A stretch of 64,000 bases of DNA. It comes from the human T2T-CHM13v2.0 reference genome, Homo sapiens. A program made the translations under genes and the position numbers. Each line of letters opens with the position of its first letter. Position 1 is the stretch's first letter. The stretch is from assembly GCF_009914755.1 (NCBI RefSeq), contig NC_060929.1; one strand, written 5' to 3'. Below are positions 39,090-52,345 of this stretch, piece after piece. The notes beneath the pieces are model-generated. The model saw nothing but the letters and a program-made list of their open reading frames with translations. It was not told the origin of the DNA and searched no databases.

Positions 39090-41384
39090 AAAAAGGAATA
39101 GTCATTTCTAAAGTATGGTGCCATTAGTGTTAATTTGATCGTCAGAAGATGAGTGTTGGGAGTGCACTTAACCAATCATGGAACACTGTCGTTTCTAGTG
39201 CCGAGCATGGTGTACTGGATTAAGAATAAAATCAGTTACATGTGCATTTTGTCTTGCAACACTTGCTGTGGCAAAAGTTGCTTTTTTCTACTTCACTTAA
39301 GTTAAATCTGCTCTGACCCTCGCCTGCCTAGGAATTGGGAAATCCAGTCTCAATCACTATTCCTGTTGTATACTCACTGCTCCCTCCCCGTGCAGGTTGT
39401 ACAAGATCCTGCTGGTCTGTGCTGCCATAAGCCGGCCTCGGCAATGATCTCAACTAAGTTCACAATGTCCTCTTAGAGCTGCAGACAGAGATGGAGCGTG
39501 TGTGCTCCATTAGAATCAAGGGTTTCCCTTCTCTGTGGCAACCATGGGTTTTTATCAAACACCTTTGAGTTCAGCCTCCTGATTTTGTGCATTCGATCAC
39601 AGTGCACATCAACTCAATGCATCCCAGAACTTTCAGAATCTCCCATCCTTCTCATGCCCTAAGTTCAGAGACAGCCTTCTCTCCTATCCTGAGTCAGTCA
39701 CTTCTGCTGCCTCAGCTCTAAGCAGCCATCTCAGGTCTAGAAAACTCAGGACAATGGCCTCCAGTGAGCTGGAAGCACAGAAACTATTTCCCCCTCGTAA
39801 CTCATCCTCAAAGCCTCAGGCCTTCACAACCAGAAAGAGAGCCATTAAATAAAAAGGTAGGAGCCGGAGATGGTGCTGCTTTATTCTTTGATAATGAAGC
39901 TCTGGCTCCCGTACCATTTGCACCACCAAAAACAATTAAATAAATAGCACTAGTTAGTTTCTTCTCTCTTTAATAACTCACACAGTCACACGCATATAGA
40001 GACAGGCACATGCATATACATGTAATTTGTTGCCTATTGAGTACCTATCTATTTCTTAAGTAGTTCCTCCTACCAGTTCTAATTTTATTCAAGTGGTCTT
40101 TATATTCAGGTAATTTATCAGAAGCAGGTTCTATCCACACATTCATTATTCACCATTCACTCATTTAGCAACCCTTCTACCGCCCTTATTTTGTTCTAGA
40201 TATTTTTTCAAATATTGATTCAATAACTCACAACCCTTTGTAGGTGTGTCCCCCCAGATAATCTAAACAACAAGATTTAGTCCATTCTCATTGCCAGTGT
40301 TGAGATCTGGATGGGAGACCTGGCAGCATCTGGGCCAATGAAATATAAAGAGAAGTTTCCCACTGGCTTCATGGGAAGTTCCCATTGCTCCCCTGGGAGA
40401 ATGCTCAGGAGCAGCTCTCTGCATCCCCAGGTGTGAGAATGCTTCGAGTCCCGGGTCCTGATAACTCCATACTCAGGGAAACAGCCCTGCTCGGAACTGG
40501 ACTGTGCCACGGGGACTGAAGAGACAGAGAGTATGGATCCCCTATGGCCCAACTGAGCAAGAGAACCCATCAGCACCAAGGCGAGTGGGGCACTTGTATC
40601 TCCAGGGTGTGACCTCAGGGTCACTTCTTTACTCCCTCACTAAGCAGTTAGTGGTAGGTTCTACCTTCGATCTGCTGGAAATACTCCCACTTGTTCGACA
40701 AGCCCTCCAAGCTGAGAGAATCAGGTTGTTTCTAATTATGTGGACAATGTACAGTGATAGAGATAAGTGCCTGGTAGAAGTTGACTTTACATAGCAGACC
40801 TTGTCCCAAAGAGCAGCTTCCCTTTTAATTATGGGCAGATGTTTCCATAATTTGACTCTTCCTCGGTCTTAACACTTAAGTAGGTAAGAAAAATTATTCC
40901 ATGGGACATGGTCAATATGCAAATGAATGACAATACTCACACAATCAATTATAATTAAATTTATCATGCTTCCAGCTTTCTCTGATTTATTATGGAAAGA
41001 TAACTTGTCAGAAGAGTTTGAACTAATTATAGAGTAGAATTTTGGTCTCCAGTTTCTTTCCCTGAGGCATTATTGAAGTCAGCCAGTGGCAGTGATTTAA
41101 AATGCATTCCATTTGGAAGCCTGCCAGAGGAACGCCCTACTCTTACAGAAGTAAGAGGCAATGAAACAACTCCGTATTTTCAAAGGCCTCTTTCAAATTG
41201 TATATCAGCAAAATTCCTGGAAAATGTGTTTAGAATTCAGCCACCAAATGTGTTGGTTCTTGTCTGGTCACATTTCCAAGGTACTTGTTGAACCAACACA
41301 CATCTTCCCAAAGTCACAGATGAAGTGTCTCAACTTCCATCAGTGTAAAAAGGCAAAGTGGAGCTCACAATGTATGGCTTGTAC

Positions 41385-41545
41385 CAATTGGCAAGAACTG
41401 GGGGCACATTAATTCTCATCTTTCCACCTCAGTTCCCTTTTTTTGTAAAATGGCAATAAACCTCTCTGTTTAAAGATTTATGAAAATTAAATGAGACTGT
41501 ATTTCTAACACTAAGTACCATGACTGTCTCATAGGAGGTATGCAA
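41385..41545. mobile_element. MIR relic
   Basis: CCTCAGTTCCC...TGTAAAATGG...ATTAAATGAGA. Confidence 0.55.
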
Positions 41546-42419
41546 GAACTATTTGTGTTCTCCTCTTTTTCTAAAAGTTCAAAAAATAACATTCACCCAG
41601 TCTACTATTCAAGTTCCTCCTGAACTGGGCTCCCGTTTACCCTTTAATCTCATCTTGAACTTCTCTCCTAGGTCCTGCCTTTCTCTGTGAAGCCATCTCT
41701 ATACATCTTCCAATCACTATGCATTACCCCAACAATCCACGCCTCTGTCCTTGCTTCTCTCCCTGCCAGGCAGGCTTCACCCTCCTCTCAGCACTCACGG
41801 ACCTTGGAAGCCCAGTTTGCAGCCTGCATCTTCACGAAGGCCTCTGCCTGCTACAGACTCCATGGGCTCTGCCTTCATTGTGAAGCGCACTTCTGTTCTG
41901 CGCCGTTCTCCCTCAGAGGTTGTTTCCCCCTCACCTGCTGTCCCACAGTGTTATTCAACTTCAGATGCCTGGCTTCCCAGCGGCTGGACACTAGGCTTCT
42001 TGAGGGAGGGAGGCACAGTATCATGCCCTATAACACAGTGACCACAGGAGATTAGTTGCCCCTCTCTACCCACTGAGGTTTTACTCCTCAACTGTGCCCC
42101 ACTGGGAAAGTGGACAAACTAATTCATCTTCTCTCTCATTACTTTGATAATTGGGCAGAGTATTCTTTATTAAACATGGCATAATTGAATAAGATAATGC
42201 CTTTCTTAATTTGAACCTGTCTATTTACAAATTACAAAATTAAATTATATGATCAAAATCAATATAAATGGTTTCAGAACAAGTAGTTTGACTTTGAAAC
42301 TATTTTCAGAATGAACAAGAGCAACTGGGTCATTCTGCAAGTGTAGCGCCTTTGTGGGTGTATGCAACAGCTCGCCCTGGCACTGTGACAGGCCAGGCTG
42401 TGTGGCACTGACGTTAATG

Positions 42420-42640
42420 GCAAGAGATGGGGATCCAGAACACCTGGGCTCTAACCACGTCCTGCCACTAACTGGTCATGTAACTTCAGCTTCTTAATTA
42501 ACCTCAACCAAGACCCTCATCTGTAAAATATGATGATAATAGCGCCTACCTCATAGGGTTGTTTTGCGTGGGGATCAAATGAGTGAATACACCTGGAGCG
42601 CTTGCAGCAGAGTCTCGCACGTGGAGTTTGCTCATTAACC
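42420..42640. mobile_element. MIR
   Basis: CTGCCACTAACT...CCTCATCTGTAAAA...CCTACCTCATAGGGTTGTT...ATCAAATGAG. Confidence 0.75.
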
Positions 42641-45600
42641 CCAGAGCTCCGCATTGGGCAATGATGGAATGATGTCTACTAGGGGCAAGGCACGGATGAT
42701 TCACCACCACAAAGCTCACAAAGAGGGAAACAGGACAGAAAAATCTGGAAACGGGCACTCCCTGGTATAAGCAAAATCCCACAGCTGTCCACCATTGACA
42801 GCAAATGGGTTCCCAAAACAATAGAGACTGAAAGTAGTAATTATATTTTAAATATTTTATATGATACAATTTGATTTCTTTCAATTTATATTTTTATTAG
42901 TGACACGATTCCTCTAGTGAACTACAAAACTTGTAACTATTAAACTTAAAGAGCAAACTGCCTAATCTTAATTTCAGTCAGATTATCTCATCTATACATC
43001 ATGCTTTAGTAGAAAATATGTTAACCTGGACTCTAAATTCAGCATGAAAAGTTACGGCCACATTTTCCTCCCAAAACCTCAGTGTCTTTATTTAAAGCAA
43101 CACAAACCGAACACCTACCTTCACTACTTAATGAATTTTTTGAGAGTTTGAATTGAAATAATTTATGGGAAAGATGTGAGTCACCTTAAACCACTGTAGA
43201 GGCACAAAGGCCTATTAGGAAGCTGAATTTACAACATAGAGTTTAAATTAAAAATTTCTGAGTCACAGGTATTCAATGTGTCATCTGTTCAAAGTTTACA
43301 TAAAGCAAGAGGTTATTATTTTAGTCTGGTTATGATGTTAGCTTTTTGGAATTCACATTTAAATCAAACTGGACAGTAGGATGGAATCTGGACTTTTTTT
43401 TTCAAATCTCCTTCAATTATTAATAGATCGATATTGCTATGTGTGTTTGTGTGTAAGAATAAAACACATAGTCATATACGTTAATGTCAGCACTTCCTGG
43501 AAAAACCACGGCTTAAAAGCACGTACTTCTGCTGGAAAACATAGATTCAACAATTGTTTAACAGACTATAAGAAAGCACTTGATATCAGATTATTTACTC
43601 CTCCTACTACTCCGGGCGACCTGTAGCCACTTGGCTTTCCCTGCATGGGGTACCGTGGTGACAGGAGTGCCATGGCTGTGGGTTTCTCTCCCATTTACCT
43701 GCCATGACCAGGGGACATGAGAAAGGAGTTGGGGAGACCCCACAGCAAAGCAGCACTGTTCCTCTCTGTAACTCATTGCTCTCTCCTCAGTAGAGAAGTC
43801 GCTGGGGAGGTGAAGAATTCTTTAACCTCTATTTCCTCATCTATGGAATGAGGATGATGGGACCAGCCATCACAGAACAGAAGTAAGAATTAAATGATAA
43901 TTCAGGGAAAAAGTTGTTGGAATCCTTCATCTCTGTGTTCTCTTCCCTCGGTGCCTCCCTGGACACAGGTCCCGTGACTACAGGTAGTGGAAGTATGCAG
44001 GATGCCCTGTGCTAGGTCTGGAAACGTCAAAAGGAGCATCTCCATGGAAAAGCTTGCAGTTTTATTTCTTTGTTTTCTGTGAGCGCTTTTTAGAGCTCCA
44101 GACTTCTTAGCGCCTCCTTAGGGTTGGCACAAGAGTGAGGGAGACATAGGAGCAGTTCAGCTTCTCTCCACCGGGGGCAGCAGAGAGTCCACCCCAACAA
44201 CTCTAAAGTGGAGATATTTTTCCTCTGTAAGAAAGAAATTGAGAAGGATAGGTGACTTTCCCAGTGTCACAGAGAGAGTGCACATGACTCATGGTTGGCT
44301 GGGTTTAGACTGGATCTTTTGGAACATCCTGCATCTCTTTGGCAAAAAGGAGACCAGCCCACCTCCAGGCACCTGGTCACCTGGGCATGAGATGAAAGAG
44401 GGGATATGGGTTTGTCACTCCTTGGAGCCACAAAGCTTGTGCTTGAGGAGAGTATCTCCTTAGTTGGAACATACAAAGGGGCCTGTCCTTCTTCCTATCC
44501 AGAGCTTTAGCACTCTTCTCTCCAGTGACGTGGAACCACCGGAGGCATCTGAACCAGCTAAGGGATGCCCAACTTCTGTAGCTCAGAATGACTTGACAGG
44601 TGGCCCACTGGAGTGGAAGTTTGATGAACTGACCTCTCAGCAAAGCCATTCACCTGGTAAAATACTATATTCTCCATCATATAGCATGCCTTCGTCTTTG
44701 CCAAAACATTTCTTGTTCAGTACTAGTGCATGACTCTACTGCAGGGATTCTGTTTCATTGTTGAAAAGGAACAAAAGAAATATTCATGTAGTGAATTTGA
44801 AACTACAGAAAACTGGACTATTTAATGGTATTTACTTCAACATTTATCATAAAACAACTAAATCTATTCTGAATGTCATAAGAGGATGTTGTCCTGGAAA
44901 AATTTACTTTCTAGTTTATCTTATTTATGACAAGGATTTGTTGGCAGCAATGAAAGTCTTTCAAAACAAGAGTATAATGATTTGTAACTCAGCCGAGTTC
45001 AGAAGTCCTGGTTTAGTAAGATGCAATTAAAGTATAGATCCTCATTAGATGGTATTCCTCAAAATGGTTTACAAATCCAAATGGACAAGCAATTGTTTCA
45101 TCCATGTATTGTTATTATTAAATATTTATGATTGAATTTTTGATTTAAATGTATCTCAGTTGCATGCATTGAGGAACACTTTTCATAACTGGGAAAAACA
45201 AATACTACACAATTTGGATATTATGATGTAAATGTTTTAATAGATTTTCAGAATACTGTGATTTCTCAGAGGTGATATTTATAGCTTAATATAAATTCTG
45301 AACACAATACGTCAGATGTGTGACATTAAGCATATGTACTTATACTTAAATATTAATCTAAGGTGTGTGATACCAGGTAACAGGAAGAGTAGATAAAGAT
45401 ATGTCCAGGGTGGCAAAGTTATGACACAGAAAACATAAAACCCCTTCTGTAGACATCACACAGAAATTGTGCCAACTCCATGGAGAGATAAGAACAGTAA
45501 CCTTTACATCTTCACAAAAATGAGGCAGTAATAGTGCACAAAAATTGTGTACTGAGCATTTTCCAGGCATCGTGCTAAGGATTTTACATGCATGTCTTAT

Positions 45601-46669
45601 TTAGTCATTAGGATATTTTAGGGAAAGAAAGGCAGAGCTCAGCAACAGGGAGGAGTGGTGGATCTGGCTAAATGAAGTGGTACCAAAAAGTACCATGTTT
45701 TGGTTGCTAGGACATTCTCTACCATCCAGGAAGAATTTTCTGCAAAGTGAGAGTTTCTTGGTGGTCAGAGTATGCATGCTAAAGACTTTTGATTATTCTG
45801 AGCAGCCAGTAAATTAGTATGGTGTAGTGATAATGAGTAATAACAGAGAAAATGTATTCAGGAGTAGGGGTAATTAAATAGGACTAGGTCATAAAAGAAA
45901 GGTGAGGACTTCCTCCTCTGCAGTCAACTAAATCCTGAGGTTAGAAAGATGCATCAAGTCGAATCCTGCTATTGTTCTATCATATGTACAACAGGGTCAA
46001 CGGTTAATTGAAGTAGAAGCTGAGGATTTTATTTTACTTTTTAAGTTTAGGTCAAACAGTGTTTCTGTGCATGGCTAATGGAGTGTTTTGGGAGATAGAT
46101 AGTTAAATTGTAGTTCATTGCATATGTACCCTAAGGGAACACTAAATAAACTCTATACTCTAGGTAGAATCATGAATGTACTTTGAAATATGTTTAATAC
46201 TACAATTAATACAAGCAAGACAAAAGTAAAACTGGGCCAATTGTTTCACCTCCTCATCCATCTGGCCGTGATTTTTAAATATTAATTTCTTTTTGGCACA
46301 CACTTTCATTATCTATAAAATTAGGGCAGTTGAATTATTATGTCCCTTTAGGAAGAAGATCCCATGGCCCTGAAACCTCTCTTCCTTGACAGAGAGTTTT
46401 ATGAGTGCTACACAGAAAATGTCACAAAATATGTGTCCTGCTTAATAGGTGAATTTTGTTTTCATGTTGTACTCTACCATTCCCAGGAAAAGGAGATTGA
46501 CACACTTACCTCTAAGGAGAAGTAATCAAAAATAGTGGAAAATGAGAGGTCTTCAGAATGGGACCTGAAGACCCCAGAGAGATCCTGTGTCTCTTCCAGG
46601 CAGTATGCAACATCAAAGCAAAAAGAATTCAATGACATTATTTGCCTTTTCCACTTTCATTCTGTTGTA

Positions 46670-49128
46670 GTTAGAGTTGAGTTCGCTGGAGGATACATCA
46701 TGTGATGTCATCATCAGTCTGATAACAGAATGTGTGTCTGTGTATTCATGTGTATTCTAGAGCATTCTAATGTATTACATTTAGAGTATTCTTACGTTCA
46801 GTGTCAGAGATTAACTAGTTTGTTCTCAGTACTCCTACCATCTTGTTCTTTCTATCTTTGTTTATACCTGCTAAATTTTCTTTAGCCTCATTACTGTTCA
46901 GTACGTAATTTTCCCAAATCTGGTGATTTTTCTTAGTTGTATGGAGAAACACAAGAAGCAAGTATAATTTTTGTCTCATTTTGCAATATAACTTTTTGGA
47001 AAACATATTTAAATTTTTTAAGTTTATTTATACTATTATTTATTTTAGAACCTAGTAATGTATTATTGTAAAATACAAGATAATTAATTTGTATTCTATT
47101 CAAGGATTCAGCATTGGCTTTAGAAGGGATTATAATACTTCTATCATCTATGTCTAAAGAGACTCTTCAGAGTTGACTTATCAGAGAGTTCTCTAACTTA
47201 TTAAAGGACATACTCTACTAAAAAATGGGTAAAACTATATATAAGAAATTGAAATATGATGAAAGCTATTTTCTGCTGGCATTATAAATGTTAATAATTT
47301 ACTATAATCTTATGCAATGGAACCTTTTGAATAATGTTATGGTACCAGGTAAGTCGTAGCATCACTTTGAGATCAATCAATCAAAGAATAAAGAAAAGGA
47401 AGTTGAATATGCTAACCAGAGCTATGATGAACTCTTTCAGATCCATGAATAATTATTTGTTACCGACTTGCATACCACAAATAAGAAAGCGAGGGCAGCA
47501 TTTTCCAAGGTGAGCTATTGCATTGTTTTGGCTGAAGGACCACATGCAATAGCTGAGGCACACTGCTGAATGCCTGCCGGATGAAAATGCAACATAAGAA
47601 CCAGGGCCACTTTCCCACCATACAGTAAACCCAAAGTCTCAGGGTAATATCTCGTCAACAGAATTTCCCTTTGCCTTACAAATGGCTCAATGTGTACATG
47701 TGGCGGGACTTGTTATTTTGCTTGCATTGGTCCAATATGAGAAACAATCATCGGGAAATATTTTCTACCATGTGAGTGCCTAACAAAAACATCAAGTGGT
47801 GCTGAAATATTCCAAGTATCAAATAACCATTTTGAGATACCTTGGTTTATCCCAGAATTGTGTTGATGTTTTTATTGATGATGCAAAAAGCAATGGTGGC
47901 TTATGGATCAAGGCAATGGCACAAAACTCTGTAGGCAGCAGTTATATTCCTCCCCACCACATACTCCCACTAAAGAAAACAAATAAGTTATACTTAACGA
48001 ATGCATCAAAAATTATTACAATTAATGTACTAGGGCTCTCTAGAGGGACAGAACTAATAGAACTAATAGAATTCACATGCACATTTATTAAGGAGTTTAT
48101 TAAGGAGAATTGACTCACATGATAACAAGGTGAAGTCCCAAGATAGGCAGTCTGCAAGTTGAGGAGCAAGGAAGCCAGTAGTGACTCAGTCTGAGTCCCA
48201 AAACCTCAAAATTAGGGCAGCCAACAGTGCAGCCTTCAGTCTGTGGTGGAAGGCCTGAGAGCCCCTGGCAAACCACTGCTGTAAGTCCAAGAGTCTAAAG
48301 ACAAGAACTTGCAGCCTGATGTTCTAGGGCAGGAAGCATCCAGCATGGGAGAAAGGTAAAGGCGGGAAGACTCAGCGAGTCCACTCTTTTCCCCTTCTTC
48401 TGCCTGCTTTTCCTAGCCACGCTGGCAGCTGAGGGGATAGTGTCCACCCAGATTAAGGGTGGGCCAGCCTCTCCCAGTCCACTGACTCAAATGTTCATCT
48501 CCTCTAGCAACACCCTCACAGACACACCCAGGAACAGTACTTTGCATCCTTCAATACAATCAATTTGACACTTTATTAACTATCACAATTATCAAATCTC
48601 AACCCTTTAGTATTCATCCTTTTAAAAATATTTTACCTGTTAAAATGAGAAATTCAGTGATTATCTCAAGATAAGTCAGTTGTGTGATTACTTGAGTTGC
48701 AAATTGTACAAGCCATTTTTTCCAGAAACCACCTTTTATATTTGAAAGAAGGGCAGACAAACTATGGTTATTTAAACATAAATATTTGGCAGATTTTTTC
48801 TTTAAAATGTATAAAGTAAGCCATTAGCACCAAGGGAAACAGCTGATAATACATGTTTTCAGTGATAAAATCTGAGCTTTCAAGTGAAAATTAGAGTTTT
48901 GGGAAAGTTACAGCTGACACTTTGAGTTTGGCTGCTTCTTAATACTTAAGCCATACTTCGTATGAGATTGGAGATCATATTCACAAATGTGATTTTGTGT
49001 GCATGTTATATTTATAATATGGAATATATAAATAGACATAACATTTATAAACAAAAGCTCTTTTGGAAAACTCATTAATATTTTAAGAATACAAAGGGGC
49101 TCTGAAACCCAAAACTTAGAAAACATGA
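46670..49128 (+). mobile_element. Charlie1 hAT DNA transposon relic with transposase remnants
   Basis: Hand translation at 47670, FALQMAQCVHVAGLVILLALV, resembles the Buster/Charlie FALQ.DESTDVAGLA.LL.FV motif. GACAAACTATGGTTATT...TTTGGCAGA...GATAAAATCTGAGCTTTCAAG are Charlie1 landmarks. Confidence 0.8.
48026..48587 (-). mobile_element. MLT2A-type (HERV-L) solo LTR inserted in Charlie1
   Basis: TGTACTAGGGCTCTCTAGAGGGACAGAACTAATAG...TTAACTATCACA; flanks ATTAA/ATTAT. Confidence 0.92.
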
Positions 49129-49439
49129 GTAGTCTATTGTTGCAGGAAAACAAGATCAGAAGATGTGAAAAATAAATTCTGGTCAGAACAATCAGAATAG
49201 AGATAATTTTCTTTCTTATTTAAATTCAGCTAAGAGATTTCACAAGCACTTTATTGAGGAGGGTCTAGAATTCTGTATTATCACAAACAGGTATTTTTTT
49301 TTAATATGGAGCCACTTTACCATGACTGTAATTGAACCAGTATTCTATAAACTGCTTGAGAAAAACCAGACCTCATTGTATGATGTGGGCTCAGACCAAC
49401 CTTGGGAAACCCAGGCTCACCAGGCACATGGGTATCATG

Positions 49440-49595
49440 GCCACTGAAAGCCTAGATGTAAGTCCTGGCCCTACCCACAACCATTCTGTCACTTATACAA
49501 GTTGCACCCGCTGCCAGTTTCCTCATCATTAAAGCTGGCGTAATAGCAGCACCTAATTCATAGGGTTGTTAGGGCAATGAATATGCAGCAACGTC
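49440..49595. mobile_element. MIR relic
   Basis: CAGTTTCCTCATC...CACCTAATTCATAGGGTTGTT. Confidence 0.6.
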
Positions 49596-49911
49596 CTGAC
49601 AAGAGTACCCAAAAGAAAGTGAAACCTGACAAATGCTCTCTGCCTGCAGCATGCTCGTGCCCAGAGTGAACAAAAACAGAAGATATCTGTGTTTGAGAAA
49701 AGCAGTGGTTCTCAAACTTGACTGTGTTTGAGAATCCCCATCAGGACTCTCCAGGCCCTTCACAATCTTATTCCTAGTTCTTCTTCCAGCCTGAGTTCCC
49801 ACCATTGTATGAACAGACTGTGATCTCAGCAAATTCCCATGCTCAGTTGTTCCCATTCCTGGGCTCATGCCCTTCCATGCTCCAGTTTTGTGCAGTTAAG
49901 ATGGAGCAGCC

Positions 49912-50968
49912 TTTCTGTGTCTGGCTTATTTTAGGTTCACCTATGTTGTCCCAAAGAACAGGATTTCCTTCTTTTTGAAACCTGTATAATATTCTATTGT
50001 GCTTATATATACCACAATTTTATTATGTCATACATCCATGCATACCTAGGTTGATTCCTGTATTAGTCCATTCTTGCATTGCTATAAAGAACTACCTGAG
50101 ACTGGGTGATTTATAAAGAAAAGAGGTTTAATTGATGCACAGTTCCACAGGTTGTACAGGAAGAATGACCGGGAGGCTTCAGAAAACATAATCATGAAAG
50201 AAGCTAAAGAGGAAACAGGCACATGGGTGGAGCAGTAGGAAGAGAGCAAAGTGGGAGGTGCTACTCACTTTTAAACAACAAGATTTTGTGAGAAATCACT
50301 CACTACTACAAGAACAGCAAGGGGGAAATCCACCCTCATGATCCAATCACCTCCCACCAGGCCACTTCTCCAACACTGGGGATAACAACTGGACATGAGA
50401 TTTGGGTGGGGACACAAATCCAAACCATATCAATTCCTTGACTTGGCTATTGTGAATAGTGCTGCAATAAACATGAGGGTGCAGATATCACTTCAACACA
50501 CTGATTTCATTCATTCCCTTTGGATATATATTCAGAAGTGGAATTGCTCCATCTCATGAGAGCTCTAACTTTAACTTTTTTTGAGGAGCCTCCATAGTAT
50601 TTTCCATAATGGCTCCACCAGTTTATATTCCCACCAATGAGGTACAAAGGTTCCATTTTCTCCACACCTTTGTGAATCTTGTTATCTCCTGTTGTTTTTT
50701 CATAATAGCCATCCTAACTGGTGTGAGGAGATATCTGATCATGATGGTGGGAGGAAATGGGGGGATGTTGGTCAAAGTGTACAAATTTGAGAACAAGTTA
50801 TAAGATGAACAAGTCCTGGGGGTGTAAGGTACAGCATGGATGATGATGGATGTGTACATTAACTTGACTGTGATAACCATTACACAATGTATACCTATAT
50901 GAAATCATCGCATTGTGCACTTTGAATGTCTTCACTTTTTGTTTTTCAATTAAGCATTTCAAATAAAT
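49912..50968 (+). mobile_element. 5'-inverted L1MA (L1MA8-10-like): antisense part 49912 to about 50740, sense 3' end about 50741-50968
   Basis: Orientation switches at about 50740; TSD AGATGGAGCAGCC (49899-49911) / AGATAGAGTAGCC (50969-50981). Confidence 0.85.
50059..50432 (-). mobile_element. MSTA-like solo LTR
   Basis: TGTATTAGTCCATTCTTGCATTGCTATAAAG...AAACCATATCA; perfect TSD ATTCC at 50054-50058 and 50433-50437. Confidence 0.93.
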
Positions 50969-51180
50969 AGATAGAGTAGCCATGTATTTCTTTCAGGAAG
51001 TCTCATTCACAGTCAGAATCAGTACTGCTTTCTGCTGATGCATCGTTACCTTCTGTGGTTCCTTTGTTATAGGTGTATTTGCTATAATACATTTCTTTGT
51101 TACATAGGAACACGACTAACACAGTACTTGATATAAAATGACATCCTATGAAATATTATTTCCTGAATTGAATAGATAAT

Positions 51181-51455
51181 TTTTTTGTTTGTTTTTGTTT
51201 TTTCTTTTGAGATGGAGTTTCACTCTTGTCACCCAGGGCACTGCAACCTCCTCCTGCTGGGTTCAAGTGATTTTCCTGCCTCAACTTCCCGAGTAGCTGG
51301 GACTACAGACATGTCCTGTCTAATTTTTGTATTTTTAGTAAAGACGGGGTTCTACCACGTTGGCCAGATGGTCTCGAACTCCTGATCTCAGGTGATCTAC
51401 CCGCCTCAGCTTCCCAAAGTGCTGGGATTACAGGCGTGAGCCACTGCATCCGGCC
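51181..51455 (-). mobile_element. AluS (Sq/Sp-like) with two small internal deletions in the right arm
   Basis: GAGTTTCACTCTTGT diagnostic; ends CCGGCC; lacks the CTGGAGTGCA...TCGGCT segment. Confidence 0.92.
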
Positions 51456-52129
51456 TGAATAAGGAATATTTTCTTAATAAGGTGGTATATTATCAGACAA
51501 GGTAGAAACAAAATGACATTCCTGTTATTGGTTTCCTTGATATTTAAAAGTTCCATACTAAAAGGGATTAATACATTGCAACCAGCTACATTTCTTTTTT
51601 AATCAATATGGGAAAATATTTGAATAAGGAGTCATGTCATTCATTTGATACAAGTTCAATACAATGACAGAAAACAGTAAAATATATTCTTAAACATTAA
51701 ATGAGTAATAAGTTTTTTTGTTTATATATACTTTCAAGAAGCACTTTTTGAACTTTTGTTCACTTATAAATCTGTCAGATCACATCCAGGCCCTGGTAAT
51801 ACAAGCAGTCCTTTGGAGGCCAGTTTTTGTACCTATAGAAAGATAAAGACAGGTCAACTGAAAGCACTGTCTGGTCACCTTGTTTCAAGCTTGTTTGAAA
51901 TCACATCAGAACTGATCTGAAGAAAATATTCTTCTCATCCACTTTTAATATGAAGGAACTAGTAGGCACTAGTTTCTAAAAACAGTCTAGTATCATAGTA
52001 CATATGGAAATGGAGTGTTTTGTAAGATATAAATATTCTTGATTCAATGTAAATGCATTTCTTTTATTTGAATGATTTGGAGACATCGAAGTTTATCCTC
52101 ACAGTCCTAACATTATATTGCTTATTGGA

Positions 52130-52345
52130 ACAAGCATGAGCTTTGGACTAAGTCACAGGCAGTTGGATTCAAATTCTAACACTTACAAATATCATTTATA
52201 TGGCTACAGGCAATTTCCCTAATTTCTCTGAGCTTCAAGTTTTCTCACCTCTACAGAAAGAAGGACCTTTCTACTTCTGTGCATAGTTGTAAAAAATGAA
52301 TGTGATGTGGCAATTATAGTGCTTGGCAGAGTGATCATTATATTA
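52130..52345. mobile_element. MIR relic
   Basis: GGATTCAAATTCTA...GGCAATTTCCCTAATTTCTCTGAGCTTCAAGTTTTCTCACCTCTA. Confidence 0.65.

Noticed and set aside
40277-40794. 115-aa and 96-aa ORFs
   Set aside because: Non-ATG starts and no recognisable homology.
44166-44183. CTCF-like motif TCCACCGGGGGCAGCA
   Set aside because: The 3' half fits but the 5' core is out of register by one base; unsupported without a PWM score or ChIP data.
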